Assembly: GCA_965204375.1 (NCBI GenBank)
Contig: OZ241986.1
Span: forward strand, 640,001 to 704,000
Source: Candidatus Latescibacterota bacterium
GTDB taxonomy: Bacteria; Latescibacterota; UBA2968
Reading direction: 5' to 3'
DNA length: 64,000 nt
Part shown: in pieces, positions 9,775-19,069 of the stretch
How positions within the stretch are numbered: the first letter of the stretch is position 1
How the letters are laid out: each line of letters begins with the position of its first letter
Made by a program: the position numbers and the translations under genes
The notes under the pieces: model-generated
Told to the model about the DNA's origin: nothing
The model's input: the letters and a program-made list of their open reading frames with translations, nothing else
The model's database searches: none

Positions 9775-11603
9775 GAGATGCAGATCGCAGCCTATTTCCC
9801 AGCAGCTACACCATACGAGCTCTTCGAGATAGTAGGTATCATAACACCGCGTATGCCATAGCAGAACTCATAGATAACTCAATAGAGGCAGATGCCGAAC
9901 AGATTGATCTCCTTTGCTTGGAACGCTCGCAGCGGGTAGGGTCTCAGACCCGGTGGCGAGTGTCTGAAGTGGCTGTCTTGGACAATGGTTCAGGAATGAG
10001 CGTGAAGACCCTCTTTGACGCTCTTAAGTTTGGAGGAGGAACCCGGCATAACTCAAATAGGGGAATTGGAAAATACGGCATGGGACTCCCAACTTCGTCA
10101 ATGTCGCAATGCAAAAGGGTGGATGTATGGACCTGGCAAGACGGTATTGATTCAGCGTGGCACTCCAGCATCGACGCCGACGATATTGAGCAAGGTAATC
10201 ATGAGGTTCCCATTCCTGATCAAGACACATCTATACCGGAGGTGTGGAAAACGGCCGGCAGTGACAAAATCTATGAAAGCCTCTCAGGGACTCTTGTAGT
10301 GTGGAGCAAACTGGACAAAATGCAATGGAAAACCGGCCGTACAATTATCGACAACGTTTCCAGAGAGGTAGGGCGCATCCACCGGTACTGGATTGATGCG
10401 GAGATGACAAGAATACGAGTTGGTTCTTTCCACTCTAACCGCCCTGGCGAAATTGAGAATGAAGGGTATATTGTCTCAAATGATCCTCTCTACCTGATAA
10501 AACCTTCGTCTACTCCTGTGCCTTGGAACAACGAACCGATGTTTAGCGAATGGGCTAAGAAAGAGTATCCCCTTACTGCGGAGGGTAAAGAGATCACTAT
10601 TGAGGTGAAGTATTCAATTGTGAGGCCCGAGGCCCTAAAAACAGATAGTGTTAGACAGTATCCAGGCAGCACTGATTATGGCAAGCACGCCAGACATAAC
10701 ATTGGTGTCTCAGTCATTCGGGAGGATAGGGAGATCGTTCTTGAGGACGCCTTTCTCAGAGAGGGGGGTAGTGATGAAAATCCCCTGAACCGCTGGTGGG
10801 GTTGTGAAGTGCATTTCCGTCGAAGTTGCGATGAGTTGTTTGGCGTGGATCACAACAAGCAGATGGCTGCGAACTTCACGCATGCTGCAAAGACGCTCGC
10901 GCGTGATGATCGCCCCAATCAGGTCATACTAGACGAGATGGGAATTGACGATGACATCATCTACAAAATCGTAGGAGATATCCGTGATCAAACGCGTGCC
11001 ATGATGCGTCAAATCGCACAGATGTTTGCACAACGGAGGGACTCACAGAATGGGGGTGGCAGTAGAAGCCCAGAAATTAAGGCTGTAGAGACTGCCACTG
11101 ATGCAGACCGAGACGCTATAACGGCCGGTATAGAGACACCAACCGGCACTGATAAAGACCGTGAGCAAATTCCATCCGAAGAGCGAGAAGCCGGTCTTAC
11201 GGAACAGTTCATTGAATCTGGTCAGGACGGTCAGGAAGCCCAAAAACTCGCAAAGATGCTGGTAGAGCAAGGTCTCTCATATCAATTCAATCCAGCTCAA
11301 CTTGACGGATATCAGATGTTTAATGTGCGCTCGAATCAAGGAGTCCTGCATATCAATCTTAATACTGACCATCCAATCTACAATCTGCTCAAGCATATCG
11401 AAGGTCGTCTTGACGAAAATATTGACGAGAGCCATCCTTTATTTGAGGCCAGTGTCGCTATCCGATTATTACTGTCGTCATGGGCACGAATGGAAGACCA
11501 GACCGAATCACGGGAAGAACGAATGCATATCCAAAACATCAGTATGAATTGGGGGCGCCAAGTAGATAAGGTCATCAATCAACTGCGTGATAGGGACGAA
11601 TAA
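9750..11603 (+). CDS. MORC-type GHKL ATPase (HATPase_c_3)
   Basis: ELIDNS, DNGSGM, IGKYGMG, GT boxes; GGAGG RBS before ATG 9750, which overlaps the helicase end. Confidence 0.85.
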   Translation: MVEQLNDLRDADRSLFPSSYTIRALRDSRYHNTAYAIAELIDNSIEADAEQIDLLCLERSQRVGSQTRWRVSEVAVLDNGSGMSVKTLFDALKFGGGTRHNSNRGIGKYGMGLPTSSMSQCKRVDVWTWQDGIDSAWHSSIDADDIEQGNHEVPIPDQDTSIPEVWKTAGSDKIYESLSGTLVVWSKLDKMQWKTGRTIIDNVSREVGRIHRYWIDAEMTRIRVGSFHSNRPGEIENEGYIVSNDPLYLIKPSSTPVPWNNEPMFSEWAKKEYPLTAEGKEITIEVKYSIVRPEALKTDSVRQYPGSTDYGKHARHNIGVSVIREDREIVLEDAFLREGGSDENPLNRWWGCEVHFRRSCDELFGVDHNKQMAANFTHAAKTLARDDRPNQVILDEMGIDDDIIYKIVGDIRDQTRAMMRQIAQMFAQRRDSQNGGGSRSPEIKAVETATDADRDAITAGIETPTGTDKDREQIPSEEREAGLTEQFIESGQDGQEAQKLAKMLVEQGLSYQFNPAQLDGYQMFNVRSNQGVLHINLNTDHPIYNLLKHIEGRLDENIDESHPLFEASVAIRLLLSSWARMEDQTESREERMHIQNISMNWGRQVDKVINQLRDRDE

Positions 11604-11605
11604 AT

Positions 11606-12460
11606 ATGTCTATTGGGCCAGGAGATTTGTTGAGCCAGCTCTGTTCAGATGCTCAGGATCTCATCTTGGCGGCACCCTACATCAAGGCTGATGCACTTAC
11701 CAGAGTTCTGACAGATGTTAGTCCGGCTGCGTCCCTCATCTGTATCACAAGGTGGAATTTGCACGACCTCGCTGTGGGGGCGTCCGATACTGAATGTCGC
11801 ACTATTGTCACTGAGCGTGGTGGCTCATTCAGGCTCCATCCCTCACTTCATGCCAAATACTACCGAGTAGATGATATAGTCCTCATCGGATCTGCTAACC
11901 TGACATCGTCCGCAATGGGCTGGTCGCGCCAGCCTAACTTGGAGATCCTTTGTCGTCCAGGAGACAACTTTGATGCATACGCCTTTCAGCAGGGACTTCT
12001 GGAAGGATCGAGAGAAATAGGCAATGACGAATTCGCACGTTGGGAATCCATAACTGAAATCAGTACGCAGAGTAACAGCGTAATTACTGACGACCAACCT
12101 CAGCTTGACAACTGGCGACCAGCGACTCGTGATTTTAGGAATTTAGAACTCTCATATCAAGACAGAGAAGATGAGATAGCTTCATTCGACGAGCAACGAG
12201 CGGCGCAGCACGACATCCAAGCTCTCCGAATCCCTCCAGGATTGACCGATGAGCAGGTCCGAATGTGGGCATCGGCTTGTTTACTTGCCGCTCCCTTCAC
12301 TAACACCGTGATAGGATTGTATAACATGGAAGTCCCAAGAGCATCTCGCTCAATTGCTGAGACCTATAACCTTGATGTTACTGAGGCAAGAAGAGCCATG
12401 GAAACGGCACAGAACTGGCTCGCATTCCTCACCCCTGAGACATTATTCAGAAATCCTTAA
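11606..12460 (+). CDS. Phospholipase D-like (HKD) nuclease-domain protein
   Basis: APYI, HAKYYRVDD...GSANLT......NLE single HKD motif; 2 bp after the MORC stop. Confidence 0.85.
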   Translation: MSIGPGDLLSQLCSDAQDLILAAPYIKADALTRVLTDVSPAASLICITRWNLHDLAVGASDTECRTIVTERGGSFRLHPSLHAKYYRVDDIVLIGSANLTSSAMGWSRQPNLEILCRPGDNFDAYAFQQGLLEGSREIGNDEFARWESITEISTQSNSVITDDQPQLDNWRPATRDFRNLELSYQDREDEIASFDEQRAAQHDIQALRIPPGLTDEQVRMWASACLLAAPFTNTVIGLYNMEVPRASRSIAETYNLDVTEARRAMETAQNWLAFLTPETLFRNP

Positions 12461-12547
12461 ATTGGATGAAATAGGTGGAGTGTTTAGGACTTACTCCTAC
12501 TTCTCGGAGATATTGGCAAAAATTGCGGATCACCTCGAGTACACAAC

Positions 12548-12587
12548 AAAAGCCCGTCGATCATCACCGATTGACGGGCTTTCTTTT
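12548..12587 (+). terminator. Intrinsic terminator after the four-gene operon
   Basis: AAAGCCCGTCGAT...ATTGACGGGCTTTCTTTT hairpin with U-tract. Confidence 0.7.
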
Positions 12588-12590
12588 ACA

Positions 12591-13091
12591 ATGAAGCAGA
12601 TAGATCAAGTTCAGCGAGAAGATATTTTTGGCTCCCCAACTGATTCATTTACTGAATCTTTCTGTGTGTGGGATCATTTCCCCATCCATCACTTCCGCAG
12701 GAACAAGAAGCCTATTATCGCAATCGGACATGAGCCACAAAAACAATTGGTTCCCCAAAAACTACACCATCCCAATTATCTCAAAAAAGCCTTGTATTAT
12801 CACGAGATTCTTGAAAAGGGCTATGTTCAGTCTCAGACTGCACTTGCCGAACAGGTGGGCATTTCGAGAACCAAAACTCGCTTGATTCTACGGTTGCCCA
12901 AACTGGATAAAAAAATTAAAGATTTTATTCTGAAGATAGATGACTCAGACCCTAAATTGGATTTCCTATCTGTATATCGGTTGCAGCCATTACTCCAGGT
13001 TAAAAACAAAGAGAGACAGAGAAGGGAATTTTGGCAAATGATTGAGGAGCAATATCCAGACCAAAGTGCCTGTGAGCAGGTGGCAGACTGA
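12591..13091 (+). CDS. HTH protein (ParB/KorB-like HTH segment)
   Basis: SQTALAEQVGISRTKTRLILRLPKL HTH pattern. Confidence 0.5.
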   Translation: MKQIDQVQREDIFGSPTDSFTESFCVWDHFPIHHFRRNKKPIIAIGHEPQKQLVPQKLHHPNYLKKALYYHEILEKGYVQSQTALAEQVGISRTKTRLILRLPKLDKKIKDFILKIDDSDPKLDFLSVYRLQPLLQVKNKERQRREFWQMIEEQYPDQSACEQVAD

Positions 13092-13254
13092 ATTGGCAAA
13101 ATTGATCGGATCAAAACAGTCCGTAATTGCACAACTCGAAGATGCGGATTATGAAGGGCATTCTCTTACGATGCTTCAAAGAATCGCGATTGCATTGAAT
13201 CAAAGGATTGAGATTAATTTCGTACCAGTGCAAGGGCAACAAGAGGTTGTTTAA
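13084..13254 (+). pseudogene. Truncated XRE-family HTH (antitoxin-like) fragment
   Basis: QTELAKLIGSKQSVIAQLEDADYEGHSLTMLQRIAIAL without its own N-terminus; overlaps the previous ORF. Confidence 0.55.
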
Positions 13255-13278
13255 CAGTAGCGGGCTGAATAGCGGAAT

Positions 13279-13304
13279 CTGTCCACAGAAACGGAGTAAT
13301 TCCA
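13279..13304. mobile_element. Solo IS3-like terminal repeat
   Basis: CTGTCCACAGAAACGGAGTAATTCCA matches the TIR family of the other MITEs. Confidence 0.6.
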
Positions 13305-13448
13305 ATGTTGAAACTTTTAAACCTTTATAAGAGTCAATTAATGTTAGAACAGTTAAATAAAATGGGTTGACGCCTTTAAGTCGTGGGTGTATATTGAGTT
13401 AGAAAAGGTGAGCTAATTTTCTAATTCTGCACGACAATAAGGCATTAG

Positions 13449-14471
13449 ATGACAACCATTGTTACGTTTGCAACGAAAGACGTTATTGTAATGGGCAGTG
13501 ATAGTCTCGGCACTGCCAGTCGTCCCGTAATTGATCCTGTCAAGCTATATTCGCATTTTGACAAAGAGGGCAATTTAAAAACTGACTTGAAAAATTTCAA
13601 TTTTTGGAAGGACGTTTATTCAGACCGAGAAGAAGTCCCTTATAGCCACATGGCACACATGGATAAACTTTTTCGACTACGTGATAATATTGGAGTTTTG
13701 ACTGCTGGCATTGTAAGCATTGGCAACGTGACGATAAAAAGCATCATCCGCGAGGTAGCTACAACAGGAGTCAGTGGGTGTGAGGAAGTGGTTGAAAAAT
13801 TAATTGACAAAATCAGACCACATTACGAAAAACAATATTCTGAATCACACCATAAACCAAACATTGAGCTTATGGTTGCAGGGTGGGATAACAGCGACCT
13901 GACCAAGCCCCAAATTTATCGGATAAAATTTCCTTATCTGCTAACGGAGTCGTTTGATGATCCCGATGACGCACTGCCAGAAAACAGGTTAGAACTGAGG
14001 CAGGAATATGGTATATATTTTGGTGGACAATTCCGAGAAATAGCACGCCTTGTACACGGCACAGACGTTGAAAATATGCGCGAAATCCAAACCCGCCATA
14101 TAGACCTTTTAAAGCGTTTTGCTGGTGACATTAAAAAATTAAACCCTAAAAAAAAGATTAAAGTACCAGATTTATTAAAGGATGATTCTGGCAGGTTTGA
14201 TATGTTTGGCCCCATAGACCCTGACAATCCCAAAAGTAGAGATTGGCAGCTTAGTGGTCTTGAGGCTACTTGTGGTGACTTTTCTGACCAAAACGCCATA
14301 AACTGTGTATACTGGCTTATTGATCTTATGATCAAAGTTCAAGAATTTGGGGATACTATGCCCACAGTCGGGGGAGATATTCACATCGCAATCATCGACA
14401 AAAAGACAGGATTTAAATTTCTTTCTCAGGAGTCCTATAATCTTCAAGGCCACAAGACACCTAAAATTTAA
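13449..14471 (+). CDS. Proteasome-beta/HslV-like Ntn hydrolase
   Basis: M-TT N-terminus, MGSDS, K-LF...IGVLTAG, LMVAGWD, C-terminal TVGGDIHIAII; own TTGACG-17-TATATT promoter at 13367-13395. Confidence 0.7.
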   Translation: MTTIVTFATKDVIVMGSDSLGTASRPVIDPVKLYSHFDKEGNLKTDLKNFNFWKDVYSDREEVPYSHMAHMDKLFRLRDNIGVLTAGIVSIGNVTIKSIIREVATTGVSGCEEVVEKLIDKIRPHYEKQYSESHHKPNIELMVAGWDNSDLTKPQIYRIKFPYLLTESFDDPDDALPENRLELRQEYGIYFGGQFREIARLVHGTDVENMREIQTRHIDLLKRFAGDIKKLNPKKKIKVPDLLKDDSGRFDMFGPIDPDNPKSRDWQLSGLEATCGDFSDQNAINCVYWLIDLMIKVQEFGDTMPTVGGDIHIAIIDKKTGFKFLSQESYNLQGHKTPKI

Positions 14472-14483
14472 GGAGCTTTCCCC

Positions 14484-14681
14484 ATGACACCACAAAAAAG
14501 TCTGTATTCTAACTCGGATAAAGAGGCTGAGATCAAACGCCTTCCTTATCCTGATATGGGATTTCTTCCTGCTGTTGACTTGTATGCTCCTAGGGAAACT
14601 CGAAATCCCGAACTCACCGAAAAAGAAAAAGAAATATTTATTGCACAAGCCGAAGCCGAGGCAGCCAATTCTAAAGATTAA
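14484..14681 (+). CDS. Small hypothetical protein, co-operonic with the Ntn hydrolase
   Basis: AAGGAG RBS immediately after the upstream stop; 65 aa. Confidence 0.5.
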   Translation: MTPQKSLYSNSDKEAEIKRLPYPDMGFLPAVDLYAPRETRNPELTEKEKEIFIAQAEAEAANSKD

Positions 14682-14791
14682 CGAGACCACAAGGAAGCGG
14701 TTTCTCGCAGGTCTTGTTATCGTTGCCCTCGCTCTCCTAAAAGGGGATATTGACAAAAACAAATGATGTTTGGAACAGCTTTGCGCTTAAG

Positions 14792-14829
14792 AAAAAGCCC
14801 GAGTACGTGTGTGTACTCGGGCTTTTTCT
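14792..14829. terminator. Bidirectional terminator-like hairpin
   Basis: AAAAAGCCCGAGTAC...GTACTCGGGCTTTTT. Confidence 0.65.
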
Positions 14830-14928
14830 ATATCTTACTCTTTCAATCACTTACGCGAAATTGGGTCAATCAAGTATATAATTCCCGTTTTAACAGAGCA
14901 GGACAAAAATTATGCCAACTTTTCTAAA

Positions 14929-15105
14929 TAGACTTGCTCCGTTTTGGTGGATAATAGCATAAATTGCCCATCACCTAATGCAAAACTGATAGTATTGGAA
15001 AAATAGCTGTTTGTGGCCTGGTTAAAAGCTCTGTAAACCTTATGTTTATTTCCATCAATACAGAATTCGGAATTCGGCAACAGCATCTAAAAGGGGGTAA
15101 CACCA
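14929..15105. mobile_element. Composite MITE relic (family C left part, right half of family A, TIR remainder)
   Basis: TAGACTTGCTCCGTTTTGGTGGA at 14929; AATTCGGCAACAGCATC at 15071-15087 followed by TAAAAGGGGGTAACACCA. Confidence 0.7.
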
Positions 15106-15703
15106 TTTTTCAGATCACCCTAAACCCGTCAGGTCCAGACGCTCTAGCGGGATAACAAAACGTACCGACAAAGCATTGTTGTACGCGGGCAGTCAGCGCA
15201 TTGCTTGATGCGATACCTGCCCCTTCTGGCAGTCGGCGTCCGATATAATGCCAAACCATTTGTTCTGCTTCAAAGCTGTCAAACAACTCATTGTTTTGGG
15301 CCACTGGATTGTCAGTTCTGCGACCGTTGTTTACAAGATATAATTTCAAACCCGACCTTTCCAAACAAGTAATGGGACTTGACCCGTTCCATTTGAGGGG
15401 ATAACAGTATATAGCATAAATTGCCCATCACCCATACAAAACTGATGGCACAGGATGATTGGGGTAAATCTTCTACACTGTCTGCTAAAAGAAGGGAGCT
15501 TCAGATCTAAAACAAAAGGTCGTAAGTGCCGTTATTTACAGCAAAAACTTACGGCCTTAAAAATTATTGTCGAGAATTTTCTTGCCATTGCCTGTGAGAG
15601 TAATAATCATGTAGTGGTTTTGGAAGGGGCACATTCGGAGAACAGAAGCCGACCTTGCTACCAGCTATGAAGGCGTGACTGTGAAAGAAAGAGAGGAACA
15701 TCT

Positions 15704-17104
15704 ATGGGAAAATTAAATGTGGAAAATAGGACATTGTTCACTTATGACAACCTGTCTGTGATGCAGGGCATTAACAGTGAAACGATTGATTTGATTTACC
15801 TGGATCCGCCGTTTAACTCAAAGCGTAATTATGCAGCTCCTATTGGATCACAAGCTGCGGGAGCTGCTTTCAAGGATACGTGGAATCTTGATGATATTAA
15901 GCGCGAATGGGTAGAGGAAATAGAGGCAGATAATAAAGCGACATGGGCATCAATAGTCTCTGCTGGTCATATAAGCGGTGAAAGTACACAAGCATATTTG
16001 ACGTATATGGCGATCAGACTTATCGAGATGCGCCGAATTTTGAAACCAACAGGCAGTATATATCTGCACTGTGATCCTACGGCAAGTCACTATCTGAAAC
16101 TTTTAACGGATGCCGTTTTTGGACAGCAAAATTTTCGAGCAGAAATTACGTGGCATCGTTCTGCGGAAAATTTGTCAAACAAAAAATGGCGACGGGCTTT
16201 TGAAACATTATTTTATTATTCAAAAGGGAAATCGTGGACTTGGAATCAAATTTTTGAGCCGCTCTCTGAACAGGTATTGACGAGAGATTATCGCTTCGAG
16301 GATGGGCGGGGACGCTACAAGACGACGGCTTGCACAAACAATGCACACCGCCCGAATATGTTTTATGAGTTTAATGGCAACACTCGACAATGGCGATATT
16401 CCAAAGAAACCATGATGAGATATGATCGGGAAGGCATGTTGGTCTATAACAAGGAGGGTATCCCCCGCCGTAAACTTTATCTTTCGGATGTTCAGGGGAC
16501 AAAACTGACTAATGTATGGTCAGATATAAAAGTCTTAGCCAGTAATGCAAAAGAGAAAACGGGGTACCCCACGCAGAAGCCCCTCGCTCTTTTAGAGCGC
16601 ATTATTGAAGCGTCGTCAAATCCGGGCGATATGGTACTCGATCCCTTCTGTGGTTGTGCTACAACCTGCATAGCTGCGGAGAAATTGGAGCGACAATGGG
16701 TTGGCATAGATATTGAGCCAGAAGCCCGCAATCTTGTTATTCAGCGATTGGAAAAAGAGATTGATGTAGATGCTCTTTTCAAGGCTGGTGGTGGCGCATT
16801 GCCCGATGTAATTCATAGAAAGACACCGCCTAAGCGTACAGAAAAAGATGCCCCCCGGCGATCTTCTAATATAAAAATGAAGTTATACAAGTTACAGGAG
16901 GGACGTTGTAATGCCCCATGTGGAGAGGATGAGCAAGGGCGGGCGTTCCCTATTGATATATTTGAGATTGACCATATACGCCCCAGGTCTAAAGGCGGTG
17001 CGGATGTTGATGAGAATTTACAGTTGTTGTGTCCCACTTGTAATGGGCGTAAAGGGAATCGTACGATGGGATATTTGTTGGATCTGTTAAGTCAAGAATC
17101 ATGA
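15704..17104 (+). CDS. Beta-class N6/N4 DNA methyltransferase fused to a C-terminal HNH endonuclease
   Basis: DPPFN precedes YPTQKP and DPFCGCAT; C-terminal DHIRPRSKGG....NLQLLCPTCN..K. Confidence 0.9.
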   Translation: MGKLNVENRTLFTYDNLSVMQGINSETIDLIYLDPPFNSKRNYAAPIGSQAAGAAFKDTWNLDDIKREWVEEIEADNKATWASIVSAGHISGESTQAYLTYMAIRLIEMRRILKPTGSIYLHCDPTASHYLKLLTDAVFGQQNFRAEITWHRSAENLSNKKWRRAFETLFYYSKGKSWTWNQIFEPLSEQVLTRDYRFEDGRGRYKTTACTNNAHRPNMFYEFNGNTRQWRYSKETMMRYDREGMLVYNKEGIPRRKLYLSDVQGTKLTNVWSDIKVLASNAKEKTGYPTQKPLALLERIIEASSNPGDMVLDPFCGCATTCIAAEKLERQWVGIDIEPEARNLVIQRLEKEIDVDALFKAGGGALPDVIHRKTPPKRTEKDAPRRSSNIKMKLYKLQEGRCNAPCGEDEQGRAFPIDIFEIDHIRPRSKGGADVDENLQLLCPTCNGRKGNRTMGYLLDLLSQES

Positions 17105-17301
17105 ACGTTTAGCGAGATGAGATAATGGCAGGCAATGGACGGCACAAAGACGGGCGGTTTGCTAAAGGTCATGCAGACGTTATCTGGACACGACGTATTT
17201 GAAACAAAGTCACTGACCCCTATCACAGAATTTTTGGACTTGACCTGGGCGCAGAGACTTTCTCTGACAATGGTACTGTTAAAACGCATAAGGAGACACC
17301 T

Positions 17302-17532
17302 ATGATTTTACCACCAGAAAAATATCCCTTCGGATTAAAAATGGAGATGGCAATAAGCGAGGTTGAGAATCGCGTGAAATCTATGGAGGGATTGAAGTGG
17401 GAGCGCAATGACGTAAATACCATAACCATCTACGATGTGCCGTTTGAAATTCGCCGTCTTTGCGATCTAATTTGCAAGTTTAAATTGGACGGCAATCTCT
17501 ATGATATATATTACTATGAAGTTTCATCTTAA
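17302..17532 (+). CDS. Small hypothetical protein
   Basis: AAGGAG RBS, 76 aa. Confidence 0.4.
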   Translation: MILPPEKYPFGLKMEMAISEVENRVKSMEGLKWERNDVNTITIYDVPFEIRRLCDLICKFKLDGNLYDIYYYEVSS

Positions 17533-17622
17533 CTCGTTTATCGCCTGCCCTGCGCCGATAGCTTATGAAAAACTGCATCAATCACAGGCTTGATACACAA
17601 GCCCTAAACTCTCCACCGAAGC

Positions 17623-17730
17623 GATGCTGTTGCCGAATTGGTCGAGAGGGGGTCTGTGGCCTGAATATAGGCTCTGTAAACCCTATGTTTAGTACGGCGA
17701 GACAGCAATTAGGAATTCGGCAACAGCATC
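17623..17730. mobile_element. MITE family A (108 bp) with perfect 6-bp target duplication CGAAGC
   Basis: TIRs 17623-17639 and 17714-17730; CGAAGC at 17617-17622 and 17731-17736. Confidence 0.9.
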
Positions 17731-17768
17731 CGAAGCGGGGTAACTCTATCTAAACACAGGAGGCGTCC

Positions 17769-18302
17769 ATGACGCCAGAAAAAAAAGAGAAACAGCGAGA
17801 AAGAGACAGCAAACTAGCCTATGGCACACCAGCTATGATTTTAGAACAAGCAAGGTCACTTCTTTGGGCTGCTCAACACATGCAGGGGTTATTACACGCT
17901 GCTGCTAATGCACCTAATCCAGACTCTTTCCAGTTGATTGGATGCTTCTTTTCTACCACAATGCTCCGGGCATTTGCCGCCGAGATCGCATTGAAGGGTT
18001 TATATCAAAAAATCATTGGCGAATACGCCGATCAAACTCATGACTTATCTGAATTGTTTGACTCATTGCCACAAACAGTACAAAATGATCTCGATGCACA
18101 GTTCAAGGCTGTGTGCAGAGTGAAACCTGGATATGACGGGCCGGATACCATAAAAGAAGTGCTATCTAACCACAAAGACGATTTTGTTACATTTAGATAT
18201 ATTCTTTTTAAACCGCCGCAAGCACCAAAAAAGGCAAATACCAAGCCCTTAGACCTTGAACCCGCGGTAGAAGCAATAATACAGATTGGAAGTATTATAT
18301 AA
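17769..18302 (+). CDS. HEPN-like protein
   Basis: AFAAEIALKG...THDLSELFDSL...FVTFRY pattern of HEPN-domain proteins; GGAGG RBS. Confidence 0.65.
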   Translation: MTPEKKEKQRERDSKLAYGTPAMILEQARSLLWAAQHMQGLLHAAANAPNPDSFQLIGCFFSTTMLRAFAAEIALKGLYQKIIGEYADQTHDLSELFDSLPQTVQNDLDAQFKAVCRVKPGYDGPDTIKEVLSNHKDDFVTFRYILFKPPQAPKKANTKPLDLEPAVEAIIQIGSII

Positions 18303-18393
18303 ACACATTTACGCTCTGGGGATTATGTATCACAGTAGCATAAATCCCATGAGACAAGGCCGTGCAGAGAAGAGCGCGGCCTTTAGACAAAAA

Positions 18394-18519
18394 TTATTTT
18401 TTGGGTGGTGGCTTTGGTGGTGGCTTTGGTGGTGGTTTTGATGGCGGTTTTGATGGACGTGCAGGGCGCCCTCCTCTTTGTTCGTAATTGGACTTACCTC
18501 TATTACTCTGCTGTGGCAT
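18394..18519 (-). CDS. 41-aa Pro/Lys-rich peptide (not in the ORF track)
   Basis: MPQQSNRGKSNYEQRGGRPARPSKPPSKPPPKPPPKPPPKK; AAGGAG RBS; overlaps the stop of the upstream gene. Confidence 0.55.
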   Translation of the reverse strand: MPQQSNRGKSNYEQRGGRPARPSKPPSKPPPKPPPKPPPKK

Positions 18520-19054
18520 ATCTACTCCTTAGATATTCGGCGGCTTCGTCAAGGCACTTTTCGTTAAGTTTGTGATTTTCAGATATGTCTGAGAATCCTA
18601 TTGTGCTTGTTACAATAACCATAGTGTGAGACAACTCCCTGTCTTTGGCAATTATTTCTGCGTCTTCCATATCCATTGACCTCATATCGGCCCAGAGTTT
18701 TTCCCATTCACTTTCTAACAAACCGCAGTGGACGCTTATTGCATGCAAGATCGCAGACTTTCTTCCCCAATCAAGCACAAAATCTACAGCAAGGGTAGCA
18801 GCAAGAACGAGGCCAAAACCAAGTTGCCACCCGTAATCCAATGCGTTAATAAATGATACTACTCCAGCGGTTGCAGAAACAAATAGAAGAAACCGAACCC
18901 CAGTATGCCATTTGCGGTAGTTATCGGAAAGATAAGCATAATACCGAACCAACCTACAGGCATCAAACAAGTGTTCCCATACCTCCTGTTCTATATGTTC
19001 ACGGTTAGAGGGCGGCAATGGTGGTGAACCTGCTACAATCCCAGGAGTATCCAT
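18503..19054 (-). CDS. SLATT-like two-TM effector protein
   Basis: Helix (RYY..LSDNY), two TM helices, helical tail (H..I...W..LW); GGAGG RBS. Confidence 0.6.
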   Translation of the reverse strand: MDTPGIVAGSPPLPPSNREHIEQEVWEHLFDACRLVRYYAYLSDNYRKWHTGVRFLLFVSATAGVVSFINALDYGWQLGFGLVLAATLAVDFVLDWGRKSAILHAISVHCGLLESEWEKLWADMRSMDMEDAEIIAKDRELSHTMVIVTSTIGFSDISENHKLNEKCLDEAAEYLRSRYATAE

Positions 19055-19069
19055 CTTATACCTCCTCTA

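Noticed and set aside
7665-12460. Calling the operon canonical dnd/ssp/pbe phosphorothioation
   Set aside because: The required partners (DndD/E, SspB/C, desulfurase) are not visible and the PP-loop protein lacks DndC length and motifs; no gene symbols were assigned
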